NCBI RefSeq assembly: GCF_001017655.1
Contig: NZ_CP010904.1
Span: 1,530,001-1,562,000 of the forward strand
Reading direction: 5' to 3'
Source: Kiritimatiella glycovorans
GTDB lineage: Bacteria; Verrucomicrobiota; Kiritimatiellia; Kiritimatiellales; Kiritimatiellaceae
DNA length: 32,000 nucleotides
Shown: piece after piece, positions 7,437 through 15,375 of the stretch
Numbering within the stretch: the first letter of the stretch is position 1
How the letters are laid out: each line of letters begins with the position of its first letter
Notes under the pieces: model-generated
What the model was told of the DNA's origin: nothing
The model's input: only the letters and a program-made list of their open reading frames with translations
Database searches by the model: none
Translations under genes and position numbers: made by a program

Positions 7437-8126
7437 ATGGTTATAATGATGATGCTATGTGCTTTCGTTTCGAACGCAAATGCGGCGCTGATCTCATGGA
7501 CTGCCGAGGTGTTTAACGCAGCTTCGCAAGTTTCCACAAACGGATCTCTGATTGAAGCGATTAATTTTAACGGAACCAATGCAACCGTGAACACGGTGGC
7601 TTTTATGGCCGATCCGAAGGCCGGGGATGTAACCGGTGCGGACACAGACTACTTGGTTGTGGAACCGTTCAAAGTGATTGGGAGGGGAGCTTATACCGCT
7701 GCAACGGTCTATACCGGCTCGGTGACGGAGATGCAGCCGGTGCTGGACAGCTTTCGTTTTAATACTCGGGCCGATCAGACGGGGTTTCAGTTGACTGGCT
7801 TGACGGTTGGAGAGGAGTATGAGGTACAGATCTGGATAGGTGATGCGCGAACTGCAACCATTCAGGATCGTTATATGACTATCAACGGAACGCGCATTCC
7901 ATTTTCCGGTGCATGGGGCACGTCCATGTATATTGCAACCGGAACATTTACTGCGGATGCAATCACTCAGGATTTGACATTGGCCATGTTTAATAATGCG
8001 AATGATGCAGCATTGGGAACACAATTGCCTGCCTATCAGCTTCGCAGTATTCCTGAGCCTTCCTCACTCTCACTGTGTGTTGTTTTCGCAATTGCTTTAA
8101 TGGGATTGCGTCGATGGAAGATCTAG
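7437..8126 (+). CDS. secreted PEP-CTERM-anchored protein with lectin/CBM-like module
   Basis: It has a short signal peptide (MVIMMMLCAFVSNANA). The C terminus IPEPSSLSLCVVFAIALMGLRRWKI gives a PEP motif, a TM helix and a basic tail. Its central module is duplicated at 8158..8397 plus 9518..9995. Confidence 0.7.
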   Translation: MVIMMMLCAFVSNANAALISWTAEVFNAASQVSTNGSLIEAINFNGTNATVNTVAFMADPKAGDVTGADTDYLVVEPFKVIGRGAYTAATVYTGSVTEMQPVLDSFRFNTRADQTGFQLTGLTVGEEYEVQIWIGDARTATIQDRYMTINGTRIPFSGAWGTSMYIATGTFTADAITQDLTLAMFNNANDAALGTQLPAYQLRSIPEPSSLSLCVVFAIALMGLRRWKI

Positions 8127-8157
8127 CGATAACGTTTTTTTTGAGAGTTCAGATCCA

Positions 8158-8409
8158 GTGGCATCTAGGAAGGAAGTTTTTAAATATATGAGAAATGCTC
8201 GTGGTTTTTTTTGGGCAGGTTTTCTGCTCTTTGGCGCAACAGCTTCGTCAATCGCTTTGACGGTGGCGTTGACTACTGACTCCGCTGCCGACAATATGCC
8301 TGGCTCAATTAAGTGGAATGTTGAAAAATTCATTGCTGCTTCGCAAGTTTCAACAAACGGATCTCTGGTTGAAGCGGTTAATTTCAATGGTTCGACGCTG
8401 AGGAAATGA
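8158..8409 (+). pseudogene. 5' fragment (signal peptide plus N-module) of a paralogue of the 7437..8126 gene
   Basis: AASQVSTNGSLVEAVNFNGS matches AASQVSTNGSLIEAINFNGT of the upstream gene. Homology stops abruptly at about 8397, followed by 4 codons and a TGA. The rest of the module resumes at about 9518. Confidence 0.55.
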
Positions 8410-9413
8410 AGATGCTCACCCCATACCTGAAAGAATCCGCCCTGTGCGCCACCCTTGCGCTGATGCTCATGTCCGAGCGCTTGCTGGCCGAGCAAAAGGG
8501 AATCTACTGGCAGGGCCATGTCGTTGCTGTCACATCCTTCAGCACCGGCTCGGTGCCGGACGATGTTTACGCCGGGGCTGCGATATCGGGCCACCTTGTC
8601 TATGACCCCGCTCATCGGCTGCGTCGCTCCTACATCATGGGGGACTCCTCCGGGTACAAACACACTTTCTCCAACCATTTCGAGCAAACGATCGAGGTCA
8701 GCACGAACGAATGGAAGATAATCGGTGGTTTCATCAGCTTCATATACAACCGCAACATCCCATGGGATGCGGTTGATGTATTCAGCACGCAGGACACCAG
8801 CCATTACCTGTCTTTCCCGAAATACGTTGGTTCTCATGAGGTGGGATTCGCCGTTTTTGACGACGAAACCCCCTATGATCTCTACGAGTCCTCATACGAC
8901 ATCACGAACGCTGCCATCAACTGGCACCAGATCTGTTTTGCCAATGGCTTTCTCACGACCCGGAGATGGGATGAGAATGACGATATTGTTGAGGGGTACT
9001 ACATAGACTTCGATATCGACGTTGTCTTTCCCACACCCATCCCACCCGACGCCGACAACGACCGCCTGCCGGATGCGTGGGAACAAGAGCACTTCGGTGG
9101 CGTCACGAACGCCACCGCAGATGCTCTGTGTTCGAATGGCGTCAACACCACGCGCGAGGCATACATTGCAGGACTCGACCCGAACGACCCCGGCAGCCAT
9201 TTCGCCGTGTTGATGGACACGAACGCTCTTCACTGGACGAGCGTATCCGGGCGTACCTACACGGTCTACCAGACAACGAATCTCATGAACGGCTTCCAGC
9301 CGTTCATGACAGACATTCCGTGGACTCAGGAAACCTATCCACTAACCAATGATCTGCCCACGAGCTTTTACAAGCTCGGTGTGCAGATGGAGGGGGTTTA
9401 CCTTGATCCGTAG
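8406..9413 (+). CDS. secreted hypothetical protein with Asp-rich (thrombospondin-type-3-like) DADNDRLPDAWE motif
   Basis: The N terminus is hydrophobic. A DxDxDxLPDxWE...FG motif is followed by a ...LHWTSVSGRTYTVYQTTNL beta-rich C-terminal domain. Its G+C looks higher than its flanks. The start may be the ATG at 8412, which has better SD spacing. Confidence 0.6.
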   Translation: MKMLTPYLKESALCATLALMLMSERLLAEQKGIYWQGHVVAVTSFSTGSVPDDVYAGAAISGHLVYDPAHRLRRSYIMGDSSGYKHTFSNHFEQTIEVSTNEWKIIGGFISFIYNRNIPWDAVDVFSTQDTSHYLSFPKYVGSHEVGFAVFDDETPYDLYESSYDITNAAINWHQICFANGFLTTRRWDENDDIVEGYYIDFDIDVVFPTPIPPDADNDRLPDAWEQEHFGGVTNATADALCSNGVNTTREAYIAGLDPNDPGSHFAVLMDTNALHWTSVSGRTYTVYQTTNLMNGFQPFMTDIPWTQETYPLTNDLPTSFYKLGVQMEGVYLDP

Positions 9414-9526
9414 TCGATTCACAATGACAAGGAAGGCGTCGAACAAGCCGCCTGCACACGTACCGCTGAAAGCCGCGCGATGCGCGTCTTCCAGCGTCCG
9501 GTGAGGCGCGACGTTCTGCAGAAACC

Positions 9527-12397
9527 GTGAACACGGTGGCTTTTGAGGCCGATCCGAATGCCGGGGACGTAACCGGTTCGGACACAGGCCATCTGATTGC
9601 AGAGCCCTTCAAAGTATATGGGAGAGGCGCTTATGCCGCTGCAACGGTCTATACCGGCTCGGTGACGGAGATGCAACCGGTATTGGATAGCTTTCGTTTT
9701 AATACGCAGCCGGTTCAGGCCGGGTTTCAATTGACTGGTTTGACGGTTGGACAGGAGTATGAGGTACAGATCTGGATAGGTGACGCGCGAACAGCAACCA
9801 TTCAGAACCGTTATGCAACTATCGACAAAACGCGCATTCCATCTTCCGGCGCATGGGGCACGTCCATGTATATTGCAACCGGAACGTTTGTCGCAGATGC
9901 AGCGGCTCAGGATTTGACCGTTTCCATGTGCAATTCTGTTGACAATTCTGCCTTGGGAACTCAGTTGCATGCGTATCAATTGCGTTCGATCAAGACAGCT
10001 TTCGTCATCCCGAAAATTAAAAGTCGGCATGTGGCCGATACGGTTTTGTGGTACAATGAGCCAGCAGATGAATGGGAAAATGCCATGCCCCTCGGGAACG
10101 GTTCGCTGGGGGCAATGGTATACGGTGGAGTCTCGGAAGAGAATATCCAACTCAACAATGATACACTCTGGGCTGGTCGTCCGGTAGATCTTAACCGCAC
10201 CAACGCATTTGAGCATTTAGATGATATCCGAAGCCTGATGTTTGAAGGAAAGTATTCGGATGCACAAAATTTGGTCGAAACCGAGATGCTCACCGACCGT
10301 CCGCGTCCGCGAAGCTATCAGACACTGGGAAACCTGAGACTGAAATTTGATCACGGTGAAATTGTCGAAGATTACTGGAGAGAACTCAATCTGGATACCG
10401 CGATAGCATCGATCAAATATATCCGACATGGTGTGGAATACCGACGTGAGATTTTTATAAGCCCGGTCGATCATGCGTTGATCATGAAGATCAGTGTAAA
10501 TGAGCCCGGGGCTCTTTCTTGTCAGATCTTTTTGGACCGCCCCGACCAGTATGAAACCCGGGCTGAGAGCAGTTCTGCGCTCGTTATGAGCGGAGAGGCG
10601 ATGCATCCCGGGCACAGGATGCCGGATCAGAGGAGCGGAACAAAATATCAGGTTCGTGTTAAAGCGGTACATGAAGGAGGCACATGTTCGGCAACCAACA
10701 ATACACTTATGATCGCGAATGCGGATTCCTTAACATTGTATTTGTCGTCGGCTACGGATTACAACCGGCAAAATCCTGCCGAACCGGCCCCGGACGGCTG
10801 GCGAGATAGAAACCAAGAGGTTCTGCACGACGTCTTGGGTAAATCTTATGATGACCTGCGGGGTGATCATATCGCTGAGCATCAGCGACTTTTCCAACGG
10901 GTTGCACTACAGTTTATAGAAAACGAACAACAGCCCAGCCCGCCAGTCGACGAGAGATTTCGGCTTTACCGGGAGGGTTCTGAGGATCGTGAGCTTGAGG
11001 CTTTACTTTTTCAGTTTGGACGCTACCTGCTGATAAGTTCATCACGACCCGGATCCATGCCAGCCAATCTTCAGTCTATCTGGTGCAAAGAATTAACTGC
11101 ACCATGGAATGCCGACTATCATTTAGATATTAATGTTCAAATGACCTACTGGCCGACGGAAATTTGCAACCTCGCCGAACTGCGTGAGCCATTTATTTAT
11201 ATGTTGAATAGGCTGCGCGATAACGGCGGGAGGACGGCCGGGGAAGTATATGGGTGTCGGGGGTTTGCTACAGCCACGGCTACAGATGGCTGGTGGTACA
11301 CTTATCCTTTCATTCCGGCTAATGTGGGAATGTATCCCACCGGCGGCGCATGGTTGTCTCTGCAACTATGGGATCATTATCTATTCACGGGCGATCGACT
11401 CTATCTCGAACATGATGTCTATCCGATTGTGCGGGATGCCGCTCAATTCTTTGCCGATTATCTCGTGGAGAACCCTCGTACTGGCAAATTTGTTTGCGGT
11501 CCGTCCATTTCCCCAGAGAACTTGTTAATTGGACCTGATGGTAATGTGGCGGCCATTACCTATGCGACCACCCACGACCAGACGATTATCAAACAATTAT
11601 ACTGCGATTATTTGGAAATTGTCGATGTGTTGGGGATTGAGGATAACCTGACCACAGTCGTTTCAGATCAACTGGGGCAACTTCAGGAACCTTTAATCGG
11701 GGAGGATGGGCATCTGAAGGAATACAATAATGAATGCAGTCAATTCTGGCCCGCTCATCGTCATATATCCCATTTGGCCGGACTTTTTTACCCACATAAG
11801 ATGACTTTGTTCGATCAGCCCGAATACGAAGCGGCGGCTTTAAAGGTGCTGAATTCAAAAGAGGAACTGGGAGCTTTTGATGAGCCTGTTGATTGGACCG
11901 TGGCGTGGACGGCATGTATGTATGCAGCTCTAGGCAGGGGAGATGATGCCTATCGCTTTATTAATATGTTTTTAAATCAGAACTGCTATGACTCGATGTT
12001 TGCTATTTGCTCGCCGGAGCAATGGCGGTTGCCTCAGACGGACGGCAATTACGGGATCACGGCAGCGTTTGCGACAATGCTTCTGCAAAGTAATTTCGGT
12101 ACGATTGAAATTCTTCCGGCTGTTCCCTGGAACCACTGGCCGCAGGGGAAGTTTGAGGGACTCTGCGCACGCGGTGGCTTTACAGTGGATGTGCAGTGGG
12201 CAGATCGATTGCTGCAAACCTTGACGATCCATTCGGGTTTAGGCAGCACTTGTCGGCTCAAGCTGGATCATAATTTAACAGAGGGATCCTTTGAGGTGTT
12301 ATGTGAAGGGAAGGCTGTTCCGGTGTCGATTTCGGAAGGGGTTGCTTCTTTTCCTACCCAAAAAGGTCAAACCTATCAGGTCGTTTGTTTGCGTTAA
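9527..12397 (+). CDS. GH95 alpha-L-fucosidase fused to the C-module of the duplicated lectin-like domain; lacks its own signal peptide
   Basis: GH95 hallmarks are LWYNEPADEWENAMPLGNGSLGAMVYGG...IQLNNDTLW and WPAHRHISHLAGLFYP. The first about 160 aa are 85-90 % identical (by eye) at DNA level to 7590..8060. The listed start is a GTG that aligns with an internal Val of the paralogue. The frame is open from 9470. Confidence 0.85.
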   Translation: MNTVAFEADPNAGDVTGSDTGHLIAEPFKVYGRGAYAAATVYTGSVTEMQPVLDSFRFNTQPVQAGFQLTGLTVGQEYEVQIWIGDARTATIQNRYATIDKTRIPSSGAWGTSMYIATGTFVADAAAQDLTVSMCNSVDNSALGTQLHAYQLRSIKTAFVIPKIKSRHVADTVLWYNEPADEWENAMPLGNGSLGAMVYGGVSEENIQLNNDTLWAGRPVDLNRTNAFEHLDDIRSLMFEGKYSDAQNLVETEMLTDRPRPRSYQTLGNLRLKFDHGEIVEDYWRELNLDTAIASIKYIRHGVEYRREIFISPVDHALIMKISVNEPGALSCQIFLDRPDQYETRAESSSALVMSGEAMHPGHRMPDQRSGTKYQVRVKAVHEGGTCSATNNTLMIANADSLTLYLSSATDYNRQNPAEPAPDGWRDRNQEVLHDVLGKSYDDLRGDHIAEHQRLFQRVALQFIENEQQPSPPVDERFRLYREGSEDRELEALLFQFGRYLLISSSRPGSMPANLQSIWCKELTAPWNADYHLDINVQMTYWPTEICNLAELREPFIYMLNRLRDNGGRTAGEVYGCRGFATATATDGWWYTYPFIPANVGMYPTGGAWLSLQLWDHYLFTGDRLYLEHDVYPIVRDAAQFFADYLVENPRTGKFVCGPSISPENLLIGPDGNVAAITYATTHDQTIIKQLYCDYLEIVDVLGIEDNLTTVVSDQLGQLQEPLIGEDGHLKEYNNECSQFWPAHRHISHLAGLFYPHKMTLFDQPEYEAAALKVLNSKEELGAFDEPVDWTVAWTACMYAALGRGDDAYRFINMFLNQNCYDSMFAICSPEQWRLPQTDGNYGITAAFATMLLQSNFGTIEILPAVPWNHWPQGKFEGLCARGGFTVDVQWADRLLQTLTIHSGLGSTCRLKLDHNLTEGSFEVLCEGKAVPVSISEGVASFPTQKGQTYQVVCLR

Positions 12398-12863
12398 AGT
12401 TAGAGGGAGTTGGATATGAACATTCATGATTGTGGTCGGCAGCTTGGTTGCTGTTGTGGTCTTTGGCTGTATTACCGGCTTGCGGAGCCGCAAGGCGACT
12501 CGGCGATCAGTTCGTTGTTAAAGGGCGGACCACGCGACACACTGTTCATTCGGGACGATGAACAGGGCGAGCCATAAGCAGCAATGCTGAAACCCAAATG
12601 ATAGAGAGGCTTGCAATGCTTCATGATCCGTGACTACTCAGGTACCCCTCTCCCAGAGGACGGTTGACGATAACGGGCGACGAGAGCGGTGGACGATAGG
12701 CGCTTCCAACTCGTGAGCCGTTCTCGTCGCCCGTTATCGTTAGCCGATTCCAGATGGCTATACGGGATCGAGACGATGGCGGCAAGTCGGGATGGCTCCG
12801 CCTGGATTTGCGAGGGGGCGAGTGCGAGTAGGATCGGCGAGGTCCGTTCATCCGCGGCAGAGG

Positions 12864-14348
12864 CTACGAGGTATTGAGCGCCGGAACGAAGGGGTTTCCG
12901 CTGAACAGGCAGGTCAGCGCATCCATAGCGCCGACGGCATTCTTGCGGGCGGTTGAGATGTAGCTTCGAATGCGGCAGAAGGCTTGGGCGCCATCCTCGG
13001 TTCGGAACATGCCCGAGATTTTCTGCTGCACCTTCATCATGCGCAGATCGCGCTCAGCCTGATTGTTGTCGAAGGGCACGTTGAAGTCGTACATGAACGC
13101 AAGCGCTTCATCGCGGTGCTCGTCGAGCCGTTCGAGCAGGTTACGGGCTTTGGTCTTCTTGCGGCGGCCCCGTCGTTTCTTCGCGTTGCGCGGCAACGGC
13201 GGCAGCGGATTCTGCGCGTAGCCTTCGTCGAGGACTTGCTGGTAGCGGGCTTCGAAGGTGTGTAGCTGCCGCCGGTCAAGATGATCGGTCGACTGTTTGG
13301 CGAGATCGACGGCCTCTTTGATGTCGAGCAGGCAGTCGATCATGTGGTCGGCCCAGTCCTGCTGGTGCTGCTCATGCGCAAAGATCAGTTCCCGCAGGTG
13401 ATGGGCGTTGCAGAGGCCATGGAGGCAGTCGTAGCCGAAGTACGGTTTCCAGAAGTCGTGAACGGCGCGTCCGAGGAAGTCGGGCAAGATGCCGATGTCA
13501 TCGATCGCTTCGCGGCCGCGTTTGCGATGGATGTCATAATAGGTTGCCTGTGCGGTCGAGGCCGAATGCAGCCACCACAGCTTGCCGTCTACCCGTGAGC
13601 CGGTCTCGTCGAAGTGTGCCACGGCGGCCTGCTCGATCAACTCCTTGATCTTCTCGACGGGGTCGGCGGCCAACGTGTGGGATTGGGTGATGATATTGCA
13701 GAGCGTGCCTTCGCTCATCGGGCAGCCGAAGAAGTCATTCAGCAGTTCGCAGGTTCGGTCATAGGGCAGGAACTGATAGTTCTTCAGGTACACGGCCGCA
13801 GCCTTGATCCCCTCGCCGTATTGCACCGGAGCGTTGACCCCTTCGGGGAACGCGGCTTTGTTCAGATGGCCGCAGGCGCAGGTTTTGGTTTCAGCCTGGT
13901 GCTCGGTGACGATCAGCCGCAGGGGTGGCAGGTCATGGACTTGACGCTTTTCGATGCCCTCGACGGATTGATCGGCTAGAGAGCGGCCGCAGTGTTCGCA
14001 TTCCTTCACACGGTGCACTTCGGTGTGCTCGGGCTTGTCGGCCATCGCGAGCGTATGGCCGGTATGGCCGGGCTGGCCGCCGGACTTGCGCTTGCCCTTC
14101 TTGCGCAGGCTTTTGGGCGCAGGTTTCTTGAAGCCGTCGCTGGAGGGCGGTTTGCTGCTGTTGCGCGAGTTTTTGGCGAGTTGGTTCTCAAGAGACTGAA
14201 CGCGTTCTTCCAGAGCACGGATGCGCGCATCCATCATCAACAGTACCCGCACGACGGTGTCCTTGCCGGCGTCGTAGATCGCTTCGGCCTCTTGGCGTGT
14301 CATCACCTGCCCGCCCTCCCTTCGGTTCGGGAGCAGGCGGGTGCGCAC
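12864..14348 (-). CDS. IS66-family transposase (copy 2)
   Basis: 494-aa ORF differing from copy 1 at a few residues (KETVV to KDTVV, DVLTRLF to DALTCLF). It has the same TGATG coupling, at 14303. Confidence 0.9.
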   Translation of the reverse strand: MRTRLLPNRREGGQVMTRQEAEAIYDAGKDTVVRVLLMMDARIRALEERVQSLENQLAKNSRNSSKPPSSDGFKKPAPKSLRKKGKRKSGGQPGHTGHTLAMADKPEHTEVHRVKECEHCGRSLADQSVEGIEKRQVHDLPPLRLIVTEHQAETKTCACGHLNKAAFPEGVNAPVQYGEGIKAAAVYLKNYQFLPYDRTCELLNDFFGCPMSEGTLCNIITQSHTLAADPVEKIKELIEQAAVAHFDETGSRVDGKLWWLHSASTAQATYYDIHRKRGREAIDDIGILPDFLGRAVHDFWKPYFGYDCLHGLCNAHHLRELIFAHEQHQQDWADHMIDCLLDIKEAVDLAKQSTDHLDRRQLHTFEARYQQVLDEGYAQNPLPPLPRNAKKRRGRRKKTKARNLLERLDEHRDEALAFMYDFNVPFDNNQAERDLRMMKVQQKISGMFRTEDGAQAFCRIRSYISTARKNAVGAMDALTCLFSGNPFVPALNTS

Positions 14349-15214
14349 AACTCCCGCCGGAACTCCGGGATAAGCGGATACAGATACACGTCCTTGACCG
14401 GCGCCTGGATGCGGCGGTCTCGATCGTTGCGGGTCCGCCCCTGCGTTGCGCCCAGGCGCATCCAGTTCGCGGCCCGGTAGCAGGTGCCTTTGAATCGGGA
14501 ACGGTCCACGAACGTTTCCAAGGCATGCACGGGATGAGCGTACTTGCCCTGCCAGTCATCCCGGATGCGCCGGGCAATGAGGCCGAGGACGTGGCTGGCC
14601 AGATGCGGGACTTCGACCCAGGGCAGGATCAGGAAACGCGTATTGTTGGTCAATGCCTGGAGATTGCGTTCACGGCAGGCCCGATCCCAGCCGAGGAAAC
14701 GATCCCGATCCGCGCATTTCCATGCCGCCGAACCGAACAGCGCACAGGCCACGAGCCGACCGTGCCGGTCGCGGATCAGATAGCGCAGGTTCTCGCCCAC
14801 CGTGTTGCGATGGCCCAAGTAGTGGTATCGGCCCAGCAGCCCTTTGAACAACTGCGAGTTATCCGAACGTGGGGCGACAAGGTCTGCCGACAGGGGCCGC
14901 AATGCGCTCAGGTCAGAGCGAATCGGTTCGGCGGCAGGTTCTACGGCAGGCACGCACCGGTTGCGGAAATGATTGGAAGACGGGCGTTGACGCGCCGGCA
15001 ACTCGATGCATCCGCGTCGCTCCAGCTTCAACAGCAGGGAGCGCGCCGCCATGTCCTTGATACGGCCCTGCGCGTTGCGCCAGTTCCAGCAGCGGCACAG
15101 TTCCCCGCTGAGGCGGGTACGCCCCCAGTCCCGATGCTCTGCCATCAAATCCCGGATCAAGGCGATCTCGCCGTCCGTGATCTTCCGCCCCTGAATGACC
15201 ATAGCCTGTGCCAT
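14303..15214 (-). CDS. DUF4338 (DruA-like) domain protein (copy 2)
   Basis: 303 aa, differing from copy 1 at 2 residues seen by eye (R10K, SEELCR to SGELCR). Confidence 0.7.
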   Translation of the reverse strand: MAQAMVIQGRKITDGEIALIRDLMAEHRDWGRTRLSGELCRCWNWRNAQGRIKDMAARSLLLKLERRGCIELPARQRPSSNHFRNRCVPAVEPAAEPIRSDLSALRPLSADLVAPRSDNSQLFKGLLGRYHYLGHRNTVGENLRYLIRDRHGRLVACALFGSAAWKCADRDRFLGWDRACRERNLQALTNNTRFLILPWVEVPHLASHVLGLIARRIRDDWQGKYAHPVHALETFVDRSRFKGTCYRAANWMRLGATQGRTRNDRDRRIQAPVKDVYLYPLIPEFRRELCAPACSRTEGRAGR

Positions 15215-15375
15215 GGTCAGCAGCGTAGAAGACCACGCGATCCGAGTCCAGCAGAAAATCGGGTTTTTTCTGTTGCGCTCGGGGGGGGGGGGTAGACTAC
15301 GATTGTTTCAATGGTAGCGCCATGGTGGGGCTACCTGAGTAGTTACAATCCATACGGCGGGAAGCGACAGGATTT

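Larger units (their letters stand above)
12630..15347 (-). mobile_element. IS66-family insertion sequence, copy 2
   Basis: It is colinear with 4688..7407, with the same IRs, ORFs and orientation. By eye it differs by scattered substitutions and 1-nt indels, mostly in the non-coding ends. Confidence 0.9.

Noticed and set aside
7403-9612. Minus-strand ORFs 7403..7645, 7494..8024, 8097..8837 and 9304..9612 sharing motifs such as RDPFVETCEAA.
   Set aside because: The shared motifs are the antisense reading of the duplicated lectin-like module. The plus-strand frames have signal peptides, a PEP-CTERM tail and the GH95 fusion.
12626-15351. 4-bp direct repeat ATCC flanking IS copy 2 (12626..12629 and 15348..15351) as a target-site duplication.
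   Set aside because: IS66-family elements make 8-bp duplications, and copy 1 has no equivalent. A 4-bp match is weak, and it depends on whether base 15347 belongs to the element.
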